This document shows, one piece after another, positions 1-9,325 of a stretch of 26,572 bases of DNA. A model generated the notes under the pieces. That model ran no database searches. It saw only the letters and a program-made list of their open reading frames with translations, and was not told the DNA's origin. This stretch comes from an uncultured Actinomycetota bacterium. GTDB taxonomy: Bacteria; Actinomycetota; Humimicrobiia; Humimicrobiales; Humimicrobiaceae. Numbering within the stretch: the first letter of the stretch is position 1; each line of letters opens with the position of its first letter. Location of the stretch: contig CAZHOY010000001.1 of NCBI GenBank assembly GCA_964534695.1, positions 1-26,572 on the forward strand, in the 5' to 3' direction. The position numbers and the translations under genes are program-made.

Positions 1-30
1 GTGAGGAAGAAAGCATATTTGATATTATGA
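1..30 (+). CDS. 3' end of upstream gene, possibly folylpolyglutamate synthase (partial)
   Basis: Frame 1 reads VRKKAYLIL* with TGA at 28-30 overlapping the ndk ATG (ATGA). FolC typically ends shortly after ...GSLYLVGEVR and commonly precedes ndk. Only 9 codons are visible, so this is mostly inference from synteny. Confidence 0.3.
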   Translation: MRKKAYLIL

Positions 31-446
31 ATGACAATATGGAGAGAAGTCTGATCATCATTAAACCTGATGGGGTAAAAAAGAAGGTTATCGGGGAGAT
101 TATATCCCGCTTTGAAAAAAGAGGTCTGGTCATTGAAAAATTAAAAATGATGAAAATCAGCCGGAAACTTGCGCGCAAGCATTATGAGGAACACAAGGAT
201 AAAGAATTTTTTAATGTACTGGTCGAGTATATAACTTCCGGTCCGGTAGTAGTAATGGTTATAAGCGGGGATAAAGCCATAGCCAGGGCCAGGGATCTTA
301 TGGGCGCCACTGATTCAAAAAGGGCAAAAGAAGGAACTATCAGAGGAGACTTTGGTGCGGATATTAATGTAAACGTGATTCATGGTTCGGATTCCAAGAG
401 AAGCGCCGTAAGGGAGATTGAATTATTTTTTCATCAAAATCTTTAA
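27..446 (+). CDS. ndk: Nucleoside diphosphate kinase
   Basis: ERSLIIIKPDG, GEIISRFE, TSGPVVVMV, GTIRGDFG and catalytic NVIHGSDS motifs; 139 aa. Confidence 0.98.
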   Translation: MNDNMERSLIIIKPDGVKKKVIGEIISRFEKRGLVIEKLKMMKISRKLARKHYEEHKDKEFFNVLVEYITSGPVVVMVISGDKAIARARDLMGATDSKRAKEGTIRGDFGADINVNVIHGSDSKRSAVREIELFFHQNL

Positions 447-474
447 CCATAAGTAGATAAATTGAAGGTGATAA

Positions 475-729
475 ATGAATAGGGGAAGAGGGAAAATTGT
501 ATTTTTTATAGTACTACTGGGAGGCATCATAGGAGCTATTTTGGGGCATGTCTTAAAAGATGTGGTTCCCATTTTGGATAAAGGACTAAAGGTAGGTACC
601 GATTCTCTCAGCTTTAACTTATATTTAATCGATATGAGTTTTGGTATTCATATTAATATTACAGTTGGTGCCATAATAGGATTACTTATAGCTTTTTTAT
701 TGGCTGATGTTGGAAGAAGAAGGTCATAG
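475..729 (+). CDS. DUF4321-like small membrane protein
   Basis: 84 aa with two hydrophobic segments (LLGGIIGAILGHVL; INITVGAIIGLLIAF) and a central 'FNLYLIDMSFGIHINI' stretch; position just upstream of maf is typical of this family. Confidence 0.75.
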   Translation: MNRGRGKIVFFIVLLGGIIGAILGHVLKDVVPILDKGLKVGTDSLSFNLYLIDMSFGIHINITVGAIIGLLIAFLLADVGRRRS

Positions 730-1342
730 AAAAAAAATTATTTTAGCTTCTGCTTCTCCAAGAAGAAGGGAAATACTTAAGCTCTTAAAATTAGATTTTA
801 AAGTAATTAAACCGGAGGGGTGCGAGGAGAGACAGTTAAAGGATCCGTACAGGACTGTTACCTGTAATAGTATCAATAAAGCCAGAAATGTTTATAATTA
901 TATAAAAGAATGCAGATTGAAAAGTAAAAGGCCAGGCCGCGTAGAACAATTTTTAATTGCAGGTTTTGATACCATTATATCCCTGAGCAGCAGGTATCTA
1001 GGGAAACCGGCTGATATAGGGGAGGCAATAGAGTTTTTAAATATCCTTTCCGGGAGAGTTCACAGGGTGATAAGCGGTGTTTGTATTCTAGACAGTACAT
1101 CAGGAAAATATTATTATGATACAGAATGTACCAGAGTTAAGTTCAGGAAGTTAACCGCAGAGGAAGTTAAGGGATATATAGATAAAGAGGATGTACTGGA
1201 TAAAGCAGGCGCATATAATATATTTGGAACTGGAAGTCTGCTGGTGGATAAAATAGATGGTTGTTTCTATAATGTAGCCGGACTTCCAGTGGTAAAGTTT
1301 GTGGATCTACTGAAGAAGTTTGGATTTAAAGTTATTGGTTAA
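707..1342 (+). CDS. maf: Maf family nucleoside triphosphate pyrophosphatase
   Basis: IILASASPRRREIL, GFDT (conserved Asp), LSGRVHRVISG, DKAGAY, NVAGLP motifs. Confidence 0.95.
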   Translation: MLEEEGHRKKIILASASPRRREILKLLKLDFKVIKPEGCEERQLKDPYRTVTCNSINKARNVYNYIKECRLKSKRPGRVEQFLIAGFDTIISLSSRYLGKPADIGEAIEFLNILSGRVHRVISGVCILDSTSGKYYYDTECTRVKFRKLTAEEVKGYIDKEDVLDKAGAYNIFGTGSLLVDKIDGCFYNVAGLPVVKFVDLLKKFGFKVIG

Positions 1343-1357
1343 TTAGGGAGCTAACAG

Positions 1358-2392
1358 ATGCAGATATTTGATTTTTTCTTAAATGTTATCGGTAAGGATA
1401 TGGGCATAGATCTGGGAACAGCCACTACCCTGATATATGTGAAAGGCAAAGGAATAGTGCTGGCAGAACCTTCTGTTGTAGCTATTGACAAAGAAAGAAA
1501 CAAAATACTGGCTGTGGGCAGAGAAGCCAAGAGAATGGTAGGAAGGACCCCTGAAAATATAACAGCAATCAGGCCTTTAAAAGACGGAGTAATTGCGGAT
1601 TTTGAAACCACGGAGAAAATGCTCAGATATTTTATACAGAAGGTTCATAAAAATGTAGCTTTTGCCAGGCCCAGAATTGTTATTTGTGTTCCCTCAGGAA
1701 TTACTCCCGTTGAAAAGAAAGCTGTTCTCGAGACTACCGAACAGGCTGGTGCCAGATCAGCTTATATCATAGAGGAACCTCTGGCTGCGGCAATAGGTTC
1801 CGGCCTTCCCATTGACGAACCCAGCGGCAGTATGATTATTGATATAGGCGGGGGAACCTCTGAAGTGGCAGTTATATCTTTAGGTGCGATAGTGGTTAGC
1901 CAATCTCTCCGGATCGGCGGCGATGAGATGGATGAAGCCATAATTTATTATTTAAAGAAGGAACACAATCTGTTTTTAGGAGAAAGAACTGCTGAAAAGG
2001 TAAAAATGGAAATCGGATCTGCTTTTCCCTTGGAAAATGAGGAAAAAATGGAAATAAACGGGAGGGATCTGGTAACCGGTCTTCCTAAGACAATCATTAT
2101 TACCAGTCAGCAGATAAGGAAAGCATTAGAGAAAGAATTAAATGATATTGTAAATTCAATTGTTGAAGTTCTGGATATCACGCCCCCGGAACTTTCCTCG
2201 GACATAATGAAGAGAGGCATTGTCCTGGCAGGAGGGGGTTCGCTGCTCAAGGGATTGGCTGAAAGGATCAGCAGAGAAACCCATTGTCCTGTTTACCTTG
2301 CGGAAGACCCTCTGGCGGCGGTAGCTATCGGAGCGGGAAAGTGTGTTGAGGATTTTAATACTCTCAAGAAATATTTAAGATATTCGAAATAG
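1358..2392 (+). CDS. mreB: Rod shape-determining actin homologue MreB
   Basis: [57 protein letters not shown]. Confidence 0.98.
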   Translation: MQIFDFFLNVIGKDMGIDLGTATTLIYVKGKGIVLAEPSVVAIDKERNKILAVGREAKRMVGRTPENITAIRPLKDGVIADFETTEKMLRYFIQKVHKNVAFARPRIVICVPSGITPVEKKAVLETTEQAGARSAYIIEEPLAAAIGSGLPIDEPSGSMIIDIGGGTSEVAVISLGAIVVSQSLRIGGDEMDEAIIYYLKKEHNLFLGERTAEKVKMEIGSAFPLENEEKMEINGRDLVTGLPKTIIITSQQIRKALEKELNDIVNSIVEVLDITPPELSSDIMKRGIVLAGGGSLLKGLAERISRETHCPVYLAEDPLAAVAIGAGKCVEDFNTLKKYLRYSK

Positions 2393-2424
2393 TTGACTTT
2401 GTATCCAACTTATAATATTTACTG

Positions 2425-3234
2425 ATGGCTATATTAAATAGAAGATTTAGGAATCTTGTCATTCTGGCTGTTATAATTGTTTTATGTCTGGTGATCATCA
2501 CCATAAGTTTTAAACAATCCGGATTGGTTAAAAATGTGAAAACCAAGACTGTTGATATTTTTAAACCGGTTCAGGAAAAGCTTTTTTCGTTCTTCAGTCC
2601 CGTAACCCGTTTTTTTAATTCAATAAGAGATTATATAAATCTAAGGGATAAGTACCTCAGCCTTCAAAGGGAAAATTCAGAACTAAGAAGAGAATACAGT
2701 GAGAATATAAACCTTAAGGTAGAGAATAATGCATTAAGGAAACTTCTGGAAATAGAACTAAGGCAAGATTACACTACCATACCTGCAAGGGTAATAGGTT
2801 ATTATGAGAATAAGTGGCAGTCAGAGGTTGTTTTAAATGTTGGAAGCAGCAATGGAATACAGGAGGGAATGGCAGTAGTTAATGAGGACGGATTGGTGGG
2901 AATAGTGATACTGTCCGGTAATGGCTCATGTAATGTAAGGCTTATAAATGATCCACAGAGCAGCATCGGTGTGAGAATTTTATCTTCAAGAAAGCTGGGC
3001 ATTATTGAAGGGAGTCAGGACAGAAAGATTACTTTAAACTATATCTTTATTGAAGAGGTGGTTTTTAAAGGGGATATAATAATTACATCGGAATTTGGAA
3101 TGTTTCCCGGTGAAATTTTAATAGGCCGGGTAAGTAAGGCAACTGAAAATTCAGAAAGTCCGTATAAATCAATTGAGATTGAGCCTTTCGCTGATTTTAA
3201 AAAAATAGAATATGTCCTGGTGATAAAAGGATAA
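2425..3234 (+). CDS. mreC: Rod shape-determining protein MreC
   Basis: N-terminal TM helix, coiled coil (LQRENSELRRE...LKVENNALRKLL), beta domain (GIQEGMAVVNEDGLVG; GDIIITSEFGMFPGEILIGRV); follows mreB. Confidence 0.95.
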   Translation: MAILNRRFRNLVILAVIIVLCLVIITISFKQSGLVKNVKTKTVDIFKPVQEKLFSFFSPVTRFFNSIRDYINLRDKYLSLQRENSELRREYSENINLKVENNALRKLLEIELRQDYTTIPARVIGYYENKWQSEVVLNVGSSNGIQEGMAVVNEDGLVGIVILSGNGSCNVRLINDPQSSIGVRILSSRKLGIIEGSQDRKITLNYIFIEEVVFKGDIIITSEFGMFPGEILIGRVSKATENSESPYKSIEIEPFADFKKIEYVLVIKG

Positions 3235-3251
3235 AATGTGGCTTATTAATT

Positions 3252-3770
3252 ATGAAAATTTTTTATAAAATCCTGCATTTTTTTGTGGTGGTAATCTGCC
3301 TGCTGCTGCAGATAGTCTTTTTTGAATATTTAAAGTCATTTTCTATAAACTTTGATTTGATTATGGTGGCTGTAATAGCAGTTGCCCTGTTTGACGGCAC
3401 CTTTTGGGGGATGCTGTTTGGATTTATAATAGGACTTATACTTGATCTTATAGCAGGCAATATTGTAGGAATAAGCGCATTTATCTATTCCTTAAATGCT
3501 TTTATGGTAGGCAGGCTTATTACAGCGGAATTTAAATCCAAAATACTGACCTACTTATTTATTGTTTTTTTAATTACGGAAATAAACATTTTAATAGTAA
3601 GCCTGGTACGTTATTTATTTAATTTTGATAGCAATCTACTCAGAATTGGATTCGAGCTGATAACAGAACCTATCTGTAATATTGTTTTAATGTTTATTAT
3701 CTTTCCCATTATAAGTTCCGGAATGAAAAAGGAGACTGAACTTGAATTCAAATATAAAGATAAGGTTTAG
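3252..3770 (+). CDS. mreD: Rod shape-determining protein MreD
   Basis: 172 aa polytopic membrane protein with GMLFGFIIGLILDL motif, between mreC and the PBP2 gene. Confidence 0.9.
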   Translation: MKIFYKILHFFVVVICLLLQIVFFEYLKSFSINFDLIMVAVIAVALFDGTFWGMLFGFIIGLILDLIAGNIVGISAFIYSLNAFMVGRLITAEFKSKILTYLFIVFLITEINILIVSLVRYLFNFDSNLLRIGFELITEPICNIVLMFIIFPIISSGMKKETELEFKYKDKV

Positions 3771-5592
3771 GATAGTACTTTACCTGCTGGTAATGGTATT
3801 GATTGTACTTATTTTGAGGCTTTACTTTCTGCAGATAATGAGCGGACAGTTATATGCGGAGATGGCATCTGAGAGCATTACCAGGGAAAAGACAGTTACT
3901 GCCCCCAGGGGAAATATTTATGATCGAAACGGGAAACTGATAGTTAAGAGCATCCCGGTTACCGCAGTAGCTGTGGAACCTTATATTGTTTCAAAGAATG
4001 AAGATGTAATGGAAACTCTTAGTGATTGCCTTGATGTACCCTATGAGGATATTAAAGAAAAAGTATACCAGAGCAACCTGTCGTATATTGATAGAGTTAT
4101 TTTAAAAATGGATATTGATGCTGCTGATATGATTTATCTTAAGGAAAACAGCAGTAATTTGCCGGGTGTGGAAGTAGTTGATATATACCTGAGGGAATAT
4201 AATTTCGGTTTACTGGCGTCGCACCTGTTAGGTTACACCGTGGAGATTGATAAGGAGCGGTTGGAATCGGAAAAATATGAAAAGGGTTACGAAGGGGGAG
4301 ACCAGATAGGATGGGGCGGACTGGAAGAGGCTTATGAGAGCATACTTAAAGGGGAAAAGGGTAAGATAATATATGAAGTTGATCCTCTGGAGAGGCCGGT
4401 GAGCGTAATGGAAGAGTCGGCTCCTGTTAGTGGGAATGATCTGTATCTGACCATTGATATTGATCTGCAGAGAGCTGTGGAAGAAATTCTTTACCAGTCT
4501 ATTCTGGAAGCAAGACTGAAAAAGGATAGGAATACCGATCAGTATTATAATGTACCCGGTGGAGCGGTAGTGGTGCTTGATCCCCAAAGCGGCCAGGTAC
4601 TGGCTATGGCCAGCTATCCTACATTTGATCCCCAGTTATTTGCAGGGGGAATATCATATGCCGATTGGAATTATTTAATTGATCCTCAAAATTATTCCCC
4701 CTTGAATAACAGGGCAGTTATGTCTTTCCCTCCCGGTTCGGTATTTAAAATAGTTACTGCCTACAGCGGTCTTATCGAGGAGGTTATCACTGAAACAAGC
4801 AGATTTAATTGCGCCGGAGTATGGCTGGGACTGGGGGAAGATTTTCCCAAATATTGTTGGGGAAGTCACGGCAGTCTTGATATAAGAGGGGCCATTAAGA
4901 ATTCCTGTGATATTTATTTTTATCAGGTAGGGTACGGACTTTTTAACAAATTTAATAATATGGAAGAACTTCTCCAAAAATATTCCAGAATTTTTGGCTT
5001 TGGTGCAGTAACGGGAATAGACTTATCTTCTGAGGATGAGGGGCTGGTTCCGGACAGGGAATGGAAAAAAGATTATTTTAAAGACCAGGCCGAATATTCC
5101 GTCTGGTTCCCGGGTGACACCGTAAATATGGCCATAGGGCAGGGAGATTTACTGGTAACGCCTCTTCAGATGGCCCAGGCTTTTTCAACACTGGCCAATC
5201 ATGGTATACAATTCAAGCCTTATCTGGTTAAAGAAATCAGAGACAGCCAGGGAGGGTTAATAGTAGAAAATTCTATGGCAGAAATGCAGGATTTAAATTT
5301 AAACCAATATTACCTTGAAATTATTGAAGACGGATTGGTTCAGGTAGTGGAATCCGGCGGGACTGCTGCTTCTGCTTTCAGAAATTTTCCGCTGGATGAA
5401 ATACCGGTGGCCGGAAAGAGCGGTACTGCAGAGTTTGTGGGAAAGCAGGACTACGCCTGGTTTGCAAGTTATGCTCCCGTGGGCAACCCTGATTATGTGA
5501 TAGTGGCAATGCTTGAAGAAGCTGGTTCCGGCGGAAGCAATGTCGCTCCCATTATAGAAAAAATATACAGGTATTTATTTAATCTGGAATAG
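3742..5592 (+). CDS. mrdA: Penicillin-binding protein 2 (class B transpeptidase)
   Basis: TTG start after GGAG; N-terminal TM; APRGNIYDRNG dimerisation-domain motif; active-site SxxK (PGSVFK), SxD (SCDIYFY), KSG (GKSGTAE). Confidence 0.97.
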   Translation: MNSNIKIRFRIVLYLLVMVLIVLILRLYFLQIMSGQLYAEMASESITREKTVTAPRGNIYDRNGKLIVKSIPVTAVAVEPYIVSKNEDVMETLSDCLDVPYEDIKEKVYQSNLSYIDRVILKMDIDAADMIYLKENSSNLPGVEVVDIYLREYNFGLLASHLLGYTVEIDKERLESEKYEKGYEGGDQIGWGGLEEAYESILKGEKGKIIYEVDPLERPVSVMEESAPVSGNDLYLTIDIDLQRAVEEILYQSILEARLKKDRNTDQYYNVPGGAVVVLDPQSGQVLAMASYPTFDPQLFAGGISYADWNYLIDPQNYSPLNNRAVMSFPPGSVFKIVTAYSGLIEEVITETSRFNCAGVWLGLGEDFPKYCWGSHGSLDIRGAIKNSCDIYFYQVGYGLFNKFNNMEELLQKYSRIFGFGAVTGIDLSSEDEGLVPDREWKKDYFKDQAEYSVWFPGDTVNMAIGQGDLLVTPLQMAQAFSTLANHGIQFKPYLVKEIRDSQGGLIVENSMAEMQDLNLNQYYLEIIEDGLVQVVESGGTAASAFRNFPLDEIPVAGKSGTAEFVGKQDYAWFASYAPVGNPDYVIVAMLEEAGSGGSNVAPIIEKIYRYLFNLE

Positions 5593-5606
5593 AAAAGCAA
5601 TTATAA

Positions 5607-6803
5607 ATGGTAAAAGGCAGAAAAAGAACTTTTAGTGATTTTGAGAACCTTAGAAGAAGAAGCAGGAGAATAAGATTTGATTTTTTACTGTTATTCCTGG
5701 CAATTGCCATTGCTTCATTCGGGATTCTGATAATTTACAGTGCTACCAGGGAGACTCTCCCTGGAGGGGTATCAGATCCCTACTTTTATCTGAAAAAACA
5801 GGTAATAGGGCTGGCGGTTGGTATTGTTTTATGTATTGTGATCCAGTTTATAAATTATAGAAAAATCCAAAAATACTGGTGGTTATTTTTTACTGCAGGT
5901 ATTTGCCTGCTGGTATCCGTACTTTTTCTTGGCTATGAGGTATACGGGTCAAAAAGCTGGATAGACCTTAAGTTTTTTACATTCCAGCCTTCGGAATTTT
6001 CTAAAATTTTTATGATAGTATCCCTTGCTGCTGTAATGTCAAAATGGAGAGGTGAAAAAATTCACAGGGTTACATTTAAAAAAGTTGCTATTTCATTTGC
6101 GGTAACCCTTTCATTTGTGGCACTGGTTCTACTTGAACCGGATTATGGAACCGCACTGATATATTTTATAGTATATTTAGGCATATTATTTTTATCAGGA
6201 GCTAATTTCCTGTATTTCCTTTTGATACTGGGACTGACTGCAGGGGGATTTTTTGCGGCTTTTAATGCCGGTTTTATAAAACAATATCATCTGGACAGGA
6301 TTCTTGTATTCCTGAATCCCGGTATATCCACCGAAGGTGCGGGCTATAATTTGTACCAGTCCAAATTGGCAATTGGTTCCGGGGGGTTGCTGGGAAACGG
6401 CCTTTTTCTGGGTAAGCAGACAAATCTTAATTATATTCCCGAGCACCATACTGATTTTATATTTTCAGTCATCGGGGAAGAATTAGGATTTATGGGTGCG
6501 CTGATAATAATACTGGTTCTTGGTGTTATTATCTGGAGATGTTTTTACATAGCCTTGAACTCTTCCGATAGTTTCGCTATGCTTCTGGGCTCGGGGGTAG
6601 GTCTTATGGTCCTATCGCAGGTAATTATAAATATAGGCATGACCATAGGCATAATGCCCATTATCGGGATTCCTCTGCCTTTCTTGAGTTCGGGAGGCTC
6701 CAACCTTATAAGCGTATTTCTGGGCATGGGTCTGGTGGAAAATATTTACATATGGAGAGAAGTAAGGAAAGACCATGAAATAGCCTACCAGGAATTTAAA
6801 TAA
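5607..6803 (+). CDS. rodA: SEDS family peptidoglycan glycosyltransferase RodA
   Basis: GSKSWI, FQPSEFSKI, EPDYGTA, QSKLAIGSGG, PEHHTDFIFSVIGEELG, LPFLSSGGS motifs; directly after mrdA. Confidence 0.96.
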   Translation: MVKGRKRTFSDFENLRRRSRRIRFDFLLLFLAIAIASFGILIIYSATRETLPGGVSDPYFYLKKQVIGLAVGIVLCIVIQFINYRKIQKYWWLFFTAGICLLVSVLFLGYEVYGSKSWIDLKFFTFQPSEFSKIFMIVSLAAVMSKWRGEKIHRVTFKKVAISFAVTLSFVALVLLEPDYGTALIYFIVYLGILFLSGANFLYFLLILGLTAGGFFAAFNAGFIKQYHLDRILVFLNPGISTEGAGYNLYQSKLAIGSGGLLGNGLFLGKQTNLNYIPEHHTDFIFSVIGEELGFMGALIIILVLGVIIWRCFYIALNSSDSFAMLLGSGVGLMVLSQVIINIGMTIGIMPIIGIPLPFLSSGGSNLISVFLGMGLVENIYIWREVRKDHEIAYQEFK

Positions 6804-6814
6804 TTTTTAACTAT

Positions 6815-8623
6815 ATGGGGCAATTAAATATGGGTAAAATTAAAAGGCTGGATTTCAGCTTGCTGGAAAGCCTTCTAAAAGATGTTGAGAAACCGGGAAG
6901 GTATATAAATAATGAAATTGGAACCAAAAGCAAATATCCGGATATAGCCGGCAGCGCCTCCGATTTGGTTTTTATGGCTATTGTGTTCCCGGATATATAT
7001 GAGGTTGCCATGTCTAATCTGGGACTTCAAATATTATATGACATTGTAAACAAACACGAAAATTTTTCGGCTGAAAGGGTTTTTGCCCCCTGGGTTGATT
7101 TTGAAAAGAAACTCAGGGAACATAATATAAGAATATTTTCACTGGAAAACAGGATATTTCTGGATTGTTTTGACCTGATTGGTTTTTCAGTCCAGCATGA
7201 ACTTCTTTATTCCAATATTTTAAATATGCTTGATCTTGGCGGAATAAACATAAGATCAGAGCAGAGAAAAGAAAAATTTCCGCTGGTATGTTCCGGCGGA
7301 CCTGCAGTTGTAAATCCCCAGCCGCTTTCAAAATTTATGGATTTTATGGTAATCGGGGACGGTGAGGAAACGATTATATCCATACTGGAAAGGGTCAAAA
7401 TTTACAGGAATGACAACAAGCAAAAAAGATGGTTTTTAAAAGAAATAAGTAAGCTGGATGGGATATACGTTCCCGGATTTTATAAATTTTACTACTTTCC
7501 GGACGGCAGCATTAAAAAAATCGATCCTGCGGATAAAATAAAAAAAACAACTATAAAAGAGCTGGATAAATTCAGCATAGTAAGTGATCCTGTAGTGCCT
7601 AACATCAAGACGGTTCATGACCGGTTTGTGGTAGAGATTATGAGAGGGTGTGCCAGGGGTTGCAGATTTTGCCAGGCAGGTATAATCTACAGGCCGGTAC
7701 GCAGCAGAAAAGTTGAATCCCTGGTGAGTCAGATAGTGGAAGGCATTAAAAATACAGGTTATGATGAAATTTCATTTCTATCGTTATCTTCATCGGATTA
7801 CAAGCATATTGAATATTTACTGGACAGAGTTACCTGCTGTCCGGAACTGAAAGGATTATCGATTTCAATGCCTTCCATAAGGCTGGACAGTCTTAGCTCG
7901 AAACTGGTAGATCTTATTAAAAGCGGGAGAAAAACAGGATTGACTTTTGCCCCCGAAGCGGGCAGTCAGAGAATGAGGGATATAATCAATAAAAATATTA
8001 AAGAAGCTGAAATGCTGGATTGCATAAAAATGGCTTTTAGCAAAGGATGGGAAAAGGTTAAACTCTACTTTATAATAGGGCTGCCATTTGAAGCTGATGA
8101 GGATATTGCCCAGATAGTAACACTTATAAAAAAGATAACCGGAGCGGCCAGAAGCAGCTTTACCGGTAATAGGCTGTCAAGAATGAAAATAAATGTCAGT
8201 ATAAATGCTTTTTGTCCCAAGCCATTTACTCCTTTTCAGTGGGCCAGTCAGGATGTCATCAAAAGCCTGGACCGCAAATTTAATTATATTTTAAAAAATG
8301 TTCCCAGAAGACATGTGAATATAAGCTGGACTGATTCTAGAAAAGCTGCGATAGAGAGTGCCCTGTCCAGAGGAAATCAGAAAGTGGGAGAAGTTATAGA
8401 AGGCGCATGGAAAAGAGGAGCCAGATTTGATAATTGGACCGATTTTTTCAAATCCTATATCTGGGAAGAGGAATTCAGGAGAGCCGGCCTGGATATTAAT
8501 TTTTTTACTACCAGAGGATTTCGGCAGTACGAGATATTGCCCTGGGATGTTGTGGATATAGGGATAAGCAAAGAATTTTTACGGAAAGAATATGACAAGT
8601 CAAAAAGATGCTCCGAGCAATAA
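6815..8623 (+). CDS. TIGR03960-family B12-binding-like radical SAM protein (function unknown)
   Basis: VEKPGRYINNE, FPDIYEVAMSNLGLQILY, AERVFAPWVD N-terminus; CxxxCxxC at 7649-7672 (EIMRGCARGCRFCQAG); TGLTFAPEAGSQRMR; KPFTPFQW; RGARFDNW; LPWD. Start may be the ATG at 6830 (GGGG upstream). Confidence 0.9.
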   Translation: MGQLNMGKIKRLDFSLLESLLKDVEKPGRYINNEIGTKSKYPDIAGSASDLVFMAIVFPDIYEVAMSNLGLQILYDIVNKHENFSAERVFAPWVDFEKKLREHNIRIFSLENRIFLDCFDLIGFSVQHELLYSNILNMLDLGGINIRSEQRKEKFPLVCSGGPAVVNPQPLSKFMDFMVIGDGEETIISILERVKIYRNDNKQKRWFLKEISKLDGIYVPGFYKFYYFPDGSIKKIDPADKIKKTTIKELDKFSIVSDPVVPNIKTVHDRFVVEIMRGCARGCRFCQAGIIYRPVRSRKVESLVSQIVEGIKNTGYDEISFLSLSSSDYKHIEYLLDRVTCCPELKGLSISMPSIRLDSLSSKLVDLIKSGRKTGLTFAPEAGSQRMRDIINKNIKEAEMLDCIKMAFSKGWEKVKLYFIIGLPFEADEDIAQIVTLIKKITGAARSSFTGNRLSRMKINVSINAFCPKPFTPFQWASQDVIKSLDRKFNYILKNVPRRHVNISWTDSRKAAIESALSRGNQKVGEVIEGAWKRGARFDNWTDFFKSYIWEEEFRRAGLDINFFTTRGFRQYEILPWDVVDIGISKEFLRKEYDKSKRCSEQ

Positions 8624-9299
8624 AATAAGATTTAAATTCTATAAAAAGGATGAATATAAGTATTTATCCCACCTGGACATCACCAGAATGATAGTACGGG
8701 CTTTAAAAAGGGCCGGATTGGAAGTTAAATACAGTCTGGGGTATAATCCTAAGCCCAAAATAAATTTTAGCCCGCCGACTCCGTTAGGGGTTGAGAGCCT
8801 TGCGGAGTATTCCGATGTGCTTCTTGATGAAGTAATTGATAGCGGCAGATTCAAAAAAAGGATTAATCTGGAACTTAAACCCCAGATGCAGGTTACCAAA
8901 GCAAAAAAGGCAGCAATTGAAACGGCTAATCTTATGAATGACATTGCAATAAGCCTTTATAGTTTTGAACTCAAATCTTACTCTTCAAACAAGCGGCTGG
9001 TGGAAAGATCCTGCAGAGAAGTAAAGGAAAATTTGAAGGCTGCGTCTGATTTTTCAAGCTCAATATTTGATTTAAAAATAATACGGGATGAAGAAATTGC
9101 CCATATTTTTTTTCTAAAATTATTCGGATATGCTAAAATTTTTAAGCAGGGAAGCAACGAATTTTTTAAATTAAATGATTTTAACCGGTTTTTTAAAAGC
9201 TGGTTAAAGGATTACAATATTGGTATTGGAAATGTAAAAAAAGAAGAATTATTCGTGATAAGAGAAAATATGCTTAAAACACCAATGGAAGTAATTTAA
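8592..9299 (+). CDS. TIGR03936-family radical SAM-linked protein (DUF2344)
   Basis: KYLSHLDITRMIVRALKRAGLEVKYSLGYNPKPKINFSPPTPLGVESLAEY signature; overlaps the radical SAM gene by 32 nt. Confidence 0.9.
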   Translation: MTSQKDAPSNKIRFKFYKKDEYKYLSHLDITRMIVRALKRAGLEVKYSLGYNPKPKINFSPPTPLGVESLAEYSDVLLDEVIDSGRFKKRINLELKPQMQVTKAKKAAIETANLMNDIAISLYSFELKSYSSNKRLVERSCREVKENLKAASDFSSSIFDLKIIRDEEIAHIFFLKLFGYAKIFKQGSNEFFKLNDFNRFFKSWLKDYNIGIGNVKKEELFVIRENMLKTPMEVI

Positions 9300-9325
9300 A
9301 TATAAATAAAGGAGATTGAGAGAAA

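Noticed and set aside
3-26. Open frame upstream of ndk suggesting an N-terminal extension or fusion
   Set aside because: Only 8 codons visible; the ATGA overlap with a frame-1 stop explains the junction more simply.
2393-2416. TTGACT and TATAAT between mreB and mreC
   Set aside because: The spacer is only 12 bp; not a valid sigma70 geometry, although an internal promoter is not excluded.
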